Shown: positions 40,133 to 49,382 of the stretch, one piece after another
Numbering within the stretch: position 1 is the stretch's first letter
How the letters are laid out: the number at the start of each line of letters is the position of its first letter
NCBI GenBank assembly: GCA_037447435.1
Contig: JBBIGR010000001.1
Location: forward strand, 96,001-160,000
DNA: 64,000 nucleotides
Direction of reading: 5' to 3'
Source of the DNA: Fibrobacteria bacterium
GTDB lineage: Bacteria; Fibrobacterota; Chitinivibrionia; Chitinivibrionales; FEN-1185
Program-made: the position numbers and the translations under genes
The notes under the pieces: model-generated
What the model saw: the letters and a program-made list of their open reading frames with translations, nothing else
Database searches by the model: none
Told to the model about the DNA's origin: nothing

Positions 40133-43100
40133 TTACATCTTGATCGCGCTGAAACCCGATAACATGGGTTTGCCGACATGCGGGGTCAAGGTGACCGTGA
40201 GCATATCGGTAATGCTGACATTCGGAACTTCAACTATGTACGCCTGGTTGTAATGCCCGGTCGTCGCAAGGACGTCGAGACCGCTTGCGACCGGTATGCC
40301 GTTGACGGAAACGTCAAAGACGCGCTGACCGGCGGCAACGCTGAAATCGGTTTCGGCAAATACAAGTTTGACTTTGTAGTTGTCTGTCGTGATCGGCGTC
40401 GGAATGACGGTCGAACCAGACAATGAATCGTAAATCATTTTCAGAGCGATGCTCGACGCGCCAACAACGCCTGATGCTGCAACGAACTTGAGTTCGGGAG
40501 CGGTGATTTCAGATGGATGATGACGGTAATAGCTCACACTGTCGCCGGTGACCGTAATGGTCAACGGGAGATCGACACCGGAGAAACCTGCAGCAACAGC
40601 ACCATATGGATATTCTGTCCACAAAGCACCGGTTGTGTCACGACGGTTACCCGGTGCGCCTAAAGCAACACCAACTTTGGAGAGTTTGCCACCCTGCGTC
40701 GCGAACTTTGTTGCAAGACCCTGGTTCATTGCCCAGTTTTCGATGTTTGGATCATAGACCATGGCGCAGGACGTCTGCACCTGGTAATTGCATGAGCAGG
40801 TACGCGTGTATTCGGAGTTGATGACAAGGCCGTTTGCAGGCACCAAGCTTGGCGTGCAACCGGTTTTGAATCCACCCCAGTTAACAAGACCGCTATTGTT
40901 CTGGAGATCGATATAGCTGCCTGATCCGGACCGCACACAAATGACGTTTGTTGCGCCCAGACCATAGTTGCAACCATAATGACGATACTGGTAATAGTCG
41001 GTCAACTTATCGGTCAAGCCATAACTGATCCGATGCCACTTTCCTGTGTTAAGTTCAAGACAACCGAAAGCATTGCTGCTTTGCGTGTAAATGAGTGTGT
41101 CATTCAGGATATACGGGCCGCCGTAATACGAAGGACTCGGCGTATTGTAAATCCAGTTGACCGCACCTGTTGTCCCGTTGAATGCAATCATTTTACTTGC
41201 ACTGGGTTCACCGGTCATGGCATCGCTGCCGGTCCGGGAACCTTCAAGGAGAACATCATGATCCGGGTTATAGGCGAGGTAACGTGCAAACGCATTGACA
41301 GAATCGATCCAAATGACATTCCCTGTGTGAATGTCAAAGCATTTTACCTTTGGAGTTCCTGCGACCGTGTCGACCAAACCCATGCGGTTGATATAACCGA
41401 TGGCTGCTTTCGACAGTTTATCAATGGCAAAGACTTTTCCATTGCCCGAAGCGATACCAAGGTTAAAAAAGCCTTTTTCAGCCTTTTTGTCCCAGAGTTT
41501 CTCCCCGGTAAACCGATTGAAGGCAACGATATGCTGCGTGAACGCACCGTTCATCGTGCTGATGCCGCCAACGCCTATCGGTACACCTGTTGCATACCAG
41601 GAGACCCAGCCATTGCCGCCGGGAGGAACAATGGTGTCCTTGTCAAATTTCAAAGGTTCTGACGTTGCAATGATCACGCTGTCGCAAATCGAAAGCAGTC
41701 CCCATGCGCCCAATGAATCGGGCATGGTGATGGTCGATTTTGTTGCGCCGGTGGCGGGATCAAGAACATAACAGACTTTGGGGAACTGATTGATGTCGTG
41801 TTCGCCAAGCGCATAGACTGCGTCGGGAAGCGACACGAAATTGTCTCCAAGCCATGTATACCCGGCTTCATGTTCGGTATAATCGGAGAACGATCCGAAA
41901 TTCTGGATCTGATGTTCCCATTGAACTCGACCGGTATATGCGTCAACGCAACGAAGTTTGTTAATACCCTGCATATAGTAATGGCCGCCGCAAACCTGCT
42001 CGACGGAACCATGACCATGACGATCGGCCATTCCGTTATTGATATTGTCTGCGCTGCCGCCGAACCACAGAACTCCCATGGGGCCTTTAACAAGAGAGTC
42101 TTTCACGAAGTTCGTGTGCGACGAGTTAGCATATTGGCTGTTCCAGTCGGCTGTGCCGGGAAGGGCCCCGACTTTCTGGACAAGCGTATACGTTCCCATT
42201 CCGTTGACGGAAGCATTTTTAAGGTTCTTTGCCGCGATCGCCCTTGTGAAGAACGTTTTATCTGCTTCCAAAATTATCTGCCCGCCGAATGGACGAAGCG
42301 AATTGTACATGGTCGCGACATAATTGTTGATGTTTTCTTCAGTATTTGCAAGTGCGAATCCTGAAGGGACATTTTCGGAAATGATCAGGGAAGCGAAATA
42401 CGGGGGCAGACCTGCGGACAGCATGTCGCCGCAGATCAAATGCACTTTGCGTCCGTAATTTCCTTCGGCGTCAAGACGTGCGCGGATCAAGTCGATTTTG
42501 CTCTGGTCCGGATCGATTGCAATTACGGTCAGGTCGGACTGCAATGTCATTTCTTCGGCAAGGCGTCCGTTTGTCAAACCAACCACGAGGCAGATGCCTT
42601 TGGAACCCTGTTTGTACGCACAATTGTTCAGGATTTGTCCGGCAAAGCTGGTCGCGCCGTCAACTTGCGGCGGGACAGTTTCGTATTGATAAACCGTCGG
42701 CGTCTGGACCGGTGTGCCGCCGTAGCAATAAATCGTACCGTCTTTCGTGGTCACGAAAAGACGGCCGTTCGCTGCGACAAGTGCAGTCGGCATCGAGTTA
42801 TACGTTACCGAAAAAGATCCGCCGGTTACGGTATATGAGGGAAACGTGTCGAACGTGCTGCTCGAAGCATACACGGTTGTTCCGGCTGTTATCTGCAGGT
42901 TCCTGCCATTGTATTGGGCAGGGGTCGAACCCGACGAAGCGCCTGTTGACAAATTGCAACTGGTCGAGAAATTGTAAAAGTAGTTGCCTTTTGAAGAAAC
43001 AAAATACCCGCCGCCGCCTGTTTGGCCGAGTTTATTGTACAACATTTTTCCGCTCAAACGGTCGAAGCATGCAGGAACTGCACGGCCGTTTGGAACAAGG

Positions 43101-43900
43101 AGTTTGTTGCTGTCGGCAAGGCAAAGATATCCTTGAGGTGCGATACCGTTTAGACCGTCCGCAGTGCTATGCGGGTTGATCGTGTAATAAATGCTGGAAC
43201 CGTCGTTGATCCATTTGCGGTCTCCGGTAACGGCGTTGTAGCAGAAAACGCCCGAACCTTCGAATGCATACAAGCCGCATGCAAAGTAAATCCAGTTTGA
43301 ATCCGCTCCGCTGGACGACATGACTGCTCCGCCGCGTACGGGCCATATGGAAACGAGACGGTCGTTGCCCATGACTTTACGAGGACTGGCAGAACAGGAG
43401 ATCTTAGTAATCAAGGTCAGATTCGTCGCATCGAGGCAATAAATATAGCCGTCGTCTGCTCCAAAAAATACTTTGCCGTTTTTAACGATGGGAGCAAAAC
43501 GAATGGGACCTGCAGCATAAAATTTGTGCACGATTTGGCCAGTAGTGATGTCAACTTGAGTCATGCAATCGTTGTTCGGTGAACCGAAATACATGTAATT
43601 ACCTGCGACAACCGGTTGATAGCCGACATCGTAGGAAACCATTTGCGGTTGGCGCAAACCGGGACCGCCGTAATTATACTCTTCCTTCTGGTTGTCCCAG
43701 GCTGCTGCGGGAGAAGGTAATTGCCTTGTCCACTGCAAATAAAGCGGGTCAGGAAGTTGTTCCGAAGTTATACCGCTGCGATGATCGTCGCAGCGCCACA
43801 TAGGCCAGTCGTTTGCAAATAAGGTATTCACGCCGGCTGTAAGCGTCATCACTCCGGCGACGATATACGAACACACTTGTTTTGTCCTTAACATTACCAA
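40133..43900 (-). CDS. Large secreted PQQ-like beta-propeller protein with central SAM-methyltransferase-like domain and C-terminal malectin-like domain
   Basis: Signal peptide, DWPMWRCD..RSG; propeller blades; GICLVVG...GRLA...VIAID...LRPFGG; second propeller (W...Y.NSSHTN); RHYGC, KTGC, CSC; FAE...GQRVFDVSVNG; AAGGAG RBS. Confidence 0.8.
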   Translation of the reverse strand: MVMLRTKQVCSYIVAGVMTLTAGVNTLFANDWPMWRCDDHRSGITSEQLPDPLYLQWTRQLPSPAAAWDNQKEEYNYGGPGLRQPQMVSYDVGYQPVVAGNYMYFGSPNNDCMTQVDITTGQIVHKFYAAGPIRFAPIVKNGKVFFGADDGYIYCLDATNLTLITKISCSASPRKVMGNDRLVSIWPVRGGAVMSSSGADSNWIYFACGLYAFEGSGVFCYNAVTGDRKWINDGSSIYYTINPHSTADGLNGIAPQGYLCLADSNKLLVPNGRAVPACFDRLSGKMLYNKLGQTGGGGYFVSSKGNYFYNFSTSCNLSTGASSGSTPAQYNGRNLQITAGTTVYASSSTFDTFPSYTVTGGSFSVTYNSMPTALVAANGRLFVTTKDGTIYCYGGTPVQTPTVYQYETVPPQVDGATSFAGQILNNCAYKQGSKGICLVVGLTNGRLAEEMTLQSDLTVIAIDPDQSKIDLIRARLDAEGNYGRKVHLICGDMLSAGLPPYFASLIISENVPSGFALANTEENINNYVATMYNSLRPFGGQIILEADKTFFTRAIAAKNLKNASVNGMGTYTLVQKVGALPGTADWNSQYANSSHTNFVKDSLVKGPMGVLWFGGSADNINNGMADRHGHGSVEQVCGGHYYMQGINKLRCVDAYTGRVQWEHQIQNFGSFSDYTEHEAGYTWLGDNFVSLPDAVYALGEHDINQFPKVCYVLDPATGATKSTITMPDSLGAWGLLSICDSVIIATSEPLKFDKDTIVPPGGNGWVSWYATGVPIGVGGISTMNGAFTQHIVAFNRFTGEKLWDKKAEKGFFNLGIASGNGKVFAIDKLSKAAIGYINRMGLVDTVAGTPKVKCFDIHTGNVIWIDSVNAFARYLAYNPDHDVLLEGSRTGSDAMTGEPSASKMIAFNGTTGAVNWIYNTPSPSYYGGPYILNDTLIYTQSSNAFGCLELNTGKWHRISYGLTDKLTDYYQYRHYGCNYGLGATNVICVRSGSGSYIDLQNNSGLVNWGGFKTGCTPSLVPANGLVINSEYTRTCSCNYQVQTSCAMVYDPNIENWAMNQGLATKFATQGGKLSKVGVALGAPGNRRDTTGALWTEYPYGAVAAGFSGVDLPLTITVTGDSVSYYRHHPSEITAPELKFVAASGVVGASSIALKMIYDSLSGSTVIPTPITTDNYKVKLVFAETDFSVAAGQRVFDVSVNGIPVASGLDVLATTGHYNQAYIVEVPNVSITDMLTVTLTPHVGKPMLSGFSAIKM

Positions 43901-43906
43901 ACTCCT

Positions 43907-43940
43907 TAGGTTGAATACAACACCCCTCTCACAGGATGAT
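43907..43940. repeat. Copy C of the shared CACCCCTCTCAC element, in the 5' leader of the propeller operon
   Basis: TAGGTTGAATACAACACCCCTCTCACAGGATGAT; the 21-mer ACACCCCTCTCACAGGATGAT is identical to 44238-44258. Confidence 0.85.
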
Positions 43941-44194
43941 TTTGATCTTGCTTTTCTCCTTCTCCTTTGCAGTCCTGCACCTCCATTTTGTTTATTTTTA
44001 TAGAAACTTTAATTATGTGTGCCTTTTATTTTTTCCAGCAGGCACTCTTCAATTGAATTTTGCTAACTAAATTATCCCGAGAATGTTTGTTTAGGATATT
44101 ATCTTTATTTGTTTTGTGTTAAAAACCTTTGAAATAATGAATGTTATGGTTATAATTATTGAATCAAAGCTATCGGGCAAAATTTAAATAAAAC

Positions 44195-44229
44195 ATGTCC
44201 CGAAACGAATTTTAATTTCGTTATATAGG
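44195..44229 (+). promoter_or_regulatory. Putative ECF promoter A: ATGTCCC-N17-CGTTATATAGG
   Basis: Both boxes and the 17-nt spacer are identical at 56298-56332; spacer sequences differ. Confidence 0.65.
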
Positions 44230-44298
44230 CAGGATACACACCCCTCTCACAGGATGATCGCCCGTTAAACGGCGGTTATGTGTACTCCTGCTTTTTTT
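44229..44298 (+). ncRNA. Candidate structured sRNA / attenuator leader A
   Basis: GCAGGATACACA (44229-40) pairs with TGTGTACTCCTGC (44279-91); inner hairpin TGATCGCC/GGCGGTTA; unpaired CCCCTCTCACAGGA; ends in T7. Confidence 0.5.
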
Positions 44299-44393
44299 AT
44301 CCCCTATTGCCTTTTTGTTAAATCTCCTTGCAGTTTCATTTTTAAAAATTTTCATTGTTGCACTTTATTTTTGAAAAAGAATAGGATTGCGTT

Positions 44394-46505
44394 ATGATAA
44401 TTTCCACTGGTGTTCTTGGATGTTTTCTTCTCTGCGCCGCTCCTGCCGATTCCCAGCAGGATACCTATAAATTCGATACACTGATTGTTACTGCCAAGCG
44501 GAAGATCGCGGCGGATGCTCAAAGCGAACAAATCGTGCCAAGTCTCGGCGCGACAAAACGCACCATGAACAGAGAACAGATCGCTGATCAGTCGCAGGGA
44601 GACAATGCCTCGTTCGATCAAACACTGTACCGCTTTCCCGGGGTAGTGCAGGATGAGCTTGACAAAAGGTTGCATGTCCGCGGTGAAGAGGCGAACCTGC
44701 AATACCGGATCAACGGTGTGCTGTTGCCCGACGGACTACTGGGTTTTGGCCAAGAGCTCGGCACTCGATTTATCGATCAATTGTCGCTCATTGTGGGCAC
44801 ACTTCCTGCCCAATTCGGCGGGCGTACGGCCGGAATCGTCGATATTCGCACAAAGAGCGGTGCCGACATGAACGGTGGCGATCTATCGCTGTACGGCGGG
44901 AGCTTTGGCACCGTGAATCCGTCGGTAGAATACGGCGGAGCAAGCGGTAACTGGACCTACTATGCAACCGGAAATTTTTTATACGACGGCATCGGTATGG
45001 CCAATCCGACAAACAGCGTCACGCCACTCCACGACAACACCTATCAGTACAAGGGATTGACTTCTTTATCCTGGTTCATCGACAATTCGAGCAGACTCAG
45101 CATCATCGTAAGCGGCGCCTACAGCCGTTTCCAGCTACCGAATATTCCCGGCCAAACGACCAATTACACCGACGATTCACTTGCCTCATTCAACTCTTCG
45201 TTGCTCGACGAGAACCAGACTGAACAGAGTTACTACGACATCGTTTCGTATCAGAAAAAAAGCGGCGACCTAAGTTATCAAATTTCGCAGACCGAACGCT
45301 ACAGCGATGTGCTGTATATGCCGGACAAAATCGGCGATATGATGTTCAATGGTGTTGCGGCCCGCGCCGAGCACAGCCTGAGCGCTTTCGGGCTGACAAT
45401 TGATGCAAGCGACGAACTGGACGACAGCCACACACTCCGCGCCGGCGCAAGTTTAACTATCGACAATGCCGATGTCGCGACATCGAATTCGGTCTTTCCT
45501 GCAACCTGGAACGACACGATATGGGCACAGACCGGCTCGACGCCCTACACCATAGACGACGACAACAAGAAAACGGCCTGGCTTTACAGTTGTTACCTCC
45601 AGGACGAATGGAAACTTGCGAAGGAACTGACGGTCAATTACGGCTTGCGGTTCGAGGGGCTCAACGCATATCTTGACGAATATCAGCTCAGTCCCCGGAT
45701 CAACATAGTGTACCAGCCGTTTAAGCCCACGACCCTTCACCTTGGCTATGGCATGTATTTCACGCCGCCGCCCATCGAATTCGTGCCGCCTTCAAGCATC
45801 AGAAAATTTGACAATACCACGTACGGTGCGGACCCGAACAACAACACGAGTTCGCAGGTGAAATCGGAACGCTACCATTATTTCGACGCAGGCGCTACGC
45901 AGGAAATCACCACAGGCCTGGAGATGGGCATTGACGGATATTATAAGCTCAAGAAATACACCCTTGACGAAGGCCAATTCGGTCCGGCTATGATTTTTTC
46001 GCCCAATAACGCGGACCAGGGCTATGTGCGTGGCGTTGAAGTAACGCTCAACTACAACGGTAAAACTGTTTCGGCCTATGGAAACGTCGCGTTCAGCCGG
46101 GCCATGGCCTATGGCCTGGTGTCGGGCGAATTTCAATTCGCGCCCGACGAGATCGACTACATGCGTTCGCATTGGTATCACCTCGATCACGATCAGGATA
46201 TCACCGCCTCGCTCGGCGCAGCATACAAGTTTGCGGGCGCCCGGGTCTATGGCGATCTTCTGTACGGCAGCGGTTTGTACGGCGGTCAATACAACACGCA
46301 GGAGGCGCCGCAGTATGTGACGGTCAATGCGGGTATCGAGTACATGCTAACGCTTTTGGGTAAAAACAAATTGAAGGCCCGATTCGACGTTGTCAACGTG
46401 TTTGACCTAGTGTATGAAATCCGGGACGGTGACGGTATCGGTGTTTTCGCACCTCAATATCTTCCACGGCGTGGGTTTTATGGAGGTTTGGTATGGGAAT
46501 TTTAA
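44394..46505 (+). CDS. TonB-dependent outer membrane receptor
   Basis: Signal peptide; TonB box (DTLIVTA); plug (PGV...LHVRG); YLQDEW, NYGLRF; C-terminal NVFD...WEF. Confidence 0.92.
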   Translation: MIISTGVLGCFLLCAAPADSQQDTYKFDTLIVTAKRKIAADAQSEQIVPSLGATKRTMNREQIADQSQGDNASFDQTLYRFPGVVQDELDKRLHVRGEEANLQYRINGVLLPDGLLGFGQELGTRFIDQLSLIVGTLPAQFGGRTAGIVDIRTKSGADMNGGDLSLYGGSFGTVNPSVEYGGASGNWTYYATGNFLYDGIGMANPTNSVTPLHDNTYQYKGLTSLSWFIDNSSRLSIIVSGAYSRFQLPNIPGQTTNYTDDSLASFNSSLLDENQTEQSYYDIVSYQKKSGDLSYQISQTERYSDVLYMPDKIGDMMFNGVAARAEHSLSAFGLTIDASDELDDSHTLRAGASLTIDNADVATSNSVFPATWNDTIWAQTGSTPYTIDDDNKKTAWLYSCYLQDEWKLAKELTVNYGLRFEGLNAYLDEYQLSPRINIVYQPFKPTTLHLGYGMYFTPPPIEFVPPSSIRKFDNTTYGADPNNNTSSQVKSERYHYFDAGATQEITTGLEMGIDGYYKLKKYTLDEGQFGPAMIFSPNNADQGYVRGVEVTLNYNGKTVSAYGNVAFSRAMAYGLVSGEFQFAPDEIDYMRSHWYHLDHDQDITASLGAAYKFAGARVYGDLLYGSGLYGGQYNTQEAPQYVTVNAGIEYMLTLLGKNKLKARFDVVNVFDLVYEIRDGDGIGVFAPQYLPRRGFYGGLVWEF

Positions 46506-46514
46506 TAGGCAATA

Positions 46515-46952
46515 ATGGAGGTTCGCATGGCTTGGCTTAAAGCTGTTGTCGACTACGGAATAATTGGGCTGCTTGTCCTCATGAGCATTACCGCGGTCGC
46601 TATCACGCTTGAACGATGGAGCGTCTTACGTCGGGTTCGCGTTTCCGAGTATACGGACAAACGCGAACTTGAGTTGATTATCACCCGCAAGTTGCATTTG
46701 ATCGCGACCATCGGCAGCAATGCGCCGTATATCGGGCTTCTGGGAACCGTGCTCGGCATCATGCTGACGTTTTATACCATGGGCGAACACGGGTTAATGG
46801 ACTCCACTAAAATCATGACCGGACTTGCCCTGGCACTCAAGGCGACCGCAATGGGACTGGTCGTGGCCATCCCGTCCATCGTATTCTATAACGTGCTCCT
46901 CCGTAAAGTCAAGGTCATTTTATTGCAATGGGACATCCGCCATGGAAGATAA
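46515..46952 (+). CDS. exbB: ExbB (short type) TonB-system energizer
   Basis: IATIGSNAPYIGLLGTVLGI, ALKATAMGL..AIP. Confidence 0.92.
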   Translation: MEVRMAWLKAVVDYGIIGLLVLMSITAVAITLERWSVLRRVRVSEYTDKRELELIITRKLHLIATIGSNAPYIGLLGTVLGIMLTFYTMGEHGLMDSTKIMTGLALALKATAMGLVVAIPSIVFYNVLLRKVKVILLQWDIRHGR

Positions 46953-47319
46953 GCAATTCGATTATATCAATATCATCCCGTTCGTGGACATCATGCTCGT
47001 TTTGCTCACGATCGTGCTTACCACTTCCACCCTCATTGCCACCGGTGTTATCCCGCTGTCTTTGCCGCAGGCCTCGAAGCAGCTCGGCGAAAAACAGGTA
47101 CTGCGCGTCATCGCGATCGACAAAAACGGCACGGTGTATCTCGACGCCGTGCCGATGTGCATGAACAAACTGAGAGACGAACTCGGTCTTGTTGACAAAA
47201 GCAATCCGCTGATGATCCGTGCCGATAAGACCCTTGCATTGCAGCAGTTTGTCGACGTTCTGGACGCCGTCAAGCAACTCGGATTCGGCAAGGTCAGCTT
47301 GCAAACGGAGTCGCTGTGA
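46942..47319 (+). CDS. exbD: ExbD biopolymer transporter
   Basis: ATG 46942; INIIPFVDIMLVLL, LPQA, IRADK. Confidence 0.92.
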   Translation: MEDKQFDYINIIPFVDIMLVLLTIVLTTSTLIATGVIPLSLPQASKQLGEKQVLRVIAIDKNGTVYLDAVPMCMNKLRDELGLVDKSNPLMIRADKTLALQQFVDVLDAVKQLGFGKVSLQTESL

Positions 47320-47969
47320 AACGCCAGGTTGGTTGTTTCGGTGTATCGGTGCTGGTGCACGCTGCCATTGCAATTGCAGCAATCGCGTTTTGCAGTTTTT
47401 TTTATGCTGAACCGAAAACCACGGTCATAGATTTATCGTATATCAATAACTCCCCGGTAATTGCTGCGGCGGTCCCGAAAAAAGTTCCAAAAAAATATCC
47501 GGCAACGCCACAGCTTTTGCCAGCGTCAGAGATCGCGCAGGAAGTTTTTCCCGACACGACCGGGCCCGACACTTCCGAAAACGTACCTCGCATCCCGTCA
47601 CTTATTGCCACAAGTAAGGACATCGCATCCTCATTGTCAACGCCTGCACTTGTTGCGGATAATGAACGGGATTCGGCCAATGGGCAGAAAAACGCCTATC
47701 TTCTTGCTAATTACGGCGCCATACGGGACAGAATTTATAATAGAGTATCGTTTCCGTCTGAGGCAATAGACATGGGGTGGCAGGGCAAGGTGCAGCTCGC
47801 GTTCCTGGTGCAAATGGACGGCCGGGTGGATAGCATCCGCGTTTTGGCAAGTTCCGGATATCATGTTCTGGACCAGAGCGCAATTGATGCAGTGAAACGA
47901 GCGGGCCCGTTCCCGAAATCCTCCCAAAAGGTCGAAATACGATTGCCGATTTCATACAGATTCGAATAG
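47316..47969 (+). CDS. tonB: Energy transducer TonB
   Basis: SVLVH TM motif; FP..A...GWQGKV, SSG..VLD.SA..AV, PISYRF. Confidence 0.88.
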   Translation: MKRQVGCFGVSVLVHAAIAIAAIAFCSFFYAEPKTTVIDLSYINNSPVIAAAVPKKVPKKYPATPQLLPASEIAQEVFPDTTGPDTSENVPRIPSLIATSKDIASSLSTPALVADNERDSANGQKNAYLLANYGAIRDRIYNRVSFPSEAIDMGWQGKVQLAFLVQMDGRVDSIRVLASSGYHVLDQSAIDAVKRAGPFPKSSQKVEIRLPISYRFE

Positions 47970-47974
47970 AAACT

Positions 47975-48691
47975 TTATTCTTTGCGTGCAATCGAAACGA
48001 TTTCATTTTTAAGCAAATTGCCGATGCGAACACGGAGATCGTCCTGAATCGCGCTTACCGGCTGGTCGGCATTGATAACGTCGAATTTGTATTTTTTTTG
48101 CAGGCTTTCGAAGACCTGATTAATTAGGCGTTGATATTTATCGAAACAATCGAACCAATCACGCGAAAGCGACATGTCCATGCCCGATTCCCAATAATCA
48201 AGTTTCTGATGCGATTTCAGCGTACGTAACGCAAGCTGCTCCGGCGAAACCTTGAGAAAGTAAACCGCATCCGGTGAAATTGCGCGGGAATACAGGGATT
48301 CGACCCATTGCGGTTCTGCGCCCCGAACCAGGTCGCGGGCCATGAGCGTGAATATATACCGGTCGGCAATGACGATTGACCCGGCACACAGCGCCGGCAC
48401 AATGTCGTTTTCCATCTGATCGTAAAAATCCGCTGCATAAAAAAGGCTCCGCGTGCGCGGACTGAGCACATTCCCCTGTTTTGCTTTTTCGAGTTCATTG
48501 CCCACAAGTGCCGACCGTTTGAGTCCTACCTGGACAACCGAGCAGCCGGCCTGTTCTATCCAGCGCGACAGATGAGCAATTTGCGTTGAGCGGCCCGAGG
48601 CATCCGGACCTTCGATGACAATGAGTTTTCCTATGAGACGGGAAAGTTCCACCCCCGGCGGCGGCATGGCCAGGCATTTCGCAGTACTCAT
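47975..48691 (-). CDS. Thymidylate kinase-like protein (paralog 2)
   Basis: IVIEGPDASGRST P-loop, DRYIFT, PDAVYFL. Confidence 0.8.
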   Translation of the reverse strand: MSTAKCLAMPPPGVELSRLIGKLIVIEGPDASGRSTQIAHLSRWIEQAGCSVVQVGLKRSALVGNELEKAKQGNVLSPRTRSLFYAADFYDQMENDIVPALCAGSIVIADRYIFTLMARDLVRGAEPQWVESLYSRAISPDAVYFLKVSPEQLALRTLKSHQKLDYWESGMDMSLSRDWFDCFDKYQRLINQVFESLQKKYKFDVINADQPVSAIQDDLRVRIGNLLKNEIVSIARKE

Positions 48692-48692
48692 A

Positions 48693-49382
48693 TCAGTCTT
48701 TTCTTTCTTTGAAACGTTTCAGGTCTATGACCTTTTGAATCTTTTGTCGAATCAAATGCTGCTGCTGGGAAATCGTCAGAGTTGCATCTGTCAAATTAAA
48801 ACCGTGTTCATTTGCCATTTGAAGATATTCATTGTGCAGCCGGCCCTGGAAAAGGCGATAACTTTCCAAAAGGTCCTGGGAAAGCTTGAGGTCCATGCCG
48901 GCATCGAAATACGAGGGTTCTATTCGCGCGTCGTGAAGCCGTTCCATTGTGAGATGGATAGGCAAATCAAGATAAAAAACCAAATCCGCAGGGATTGCAA
49001 ATTGATAAAGTCCGTGCAGCCAGGCTTCATCGCAACCGCGGACGCGGTCTACCGCATAGGGAGTATAAATATAACGGTCGCATAAAACAATAAACCCGCC
49101 CTTGAGCATGGGCAGGATTTGCCTGTCGTAGCGATCGGCAAAATCCGTTGCATTGATAAGGCTGAATGTTGTCGGGGTGAGCATTTTGGATTTTTTTCCA
49201 CGCCGATACACCTCGTTGACGATTTCGCTGGTGTTCCATTCGCTGTAAAACACGCGGCATTTGAGGCCGGTTAGCCATTCGTACAATAAATGCGCCTGTG
49301 TTGACTTTCCTGACCCGTTAAGGCCCTCGATGGCAATGAGTGCACCCGGATATTTATGTTCCTTGCTATTTCCTTTCATCAC
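48693..49382 (-). CDS. Thymidylate kinase-like protein (paralog 1)
   Basis: IAIEGLNGSGKST, CDRYIYT, ADLVFYL. Confidence 0.82.
   Translation of the reverse strand: MMKGNSKEHKYPGALIAIEGLNGSGKSTQAHLLYEWLTGLKCRVFYSEWNTSEIVNEVYRRGKKSKMLTPTTFSLINATDFADRYDRQILPMLKGGFIVLCDRYIYTPYAVDRVRGCDEAWLHGLYQFAIPADLVFYLDLPIHLTMERLHDARIEPSYFDAGMDLKLSQDLLESYRLFQGRLHNEYLQMANEHGFNLTDATLTISQQQHLIRQKIQKVIDLKRFKERKD

Noticed and set aside
39117..43179. Long plus-strand ORFs (39117..39815, 40979..41662, 42478..43179)
   Set aside because: Antisense to well-supported genes, with no recognisable domains
43907..44258. Direct repeats as a CRISPR array
   Set aside because: Only two nearby copies about 320 bp apart and a third 12 kb away; no regular spacers and no cas genes
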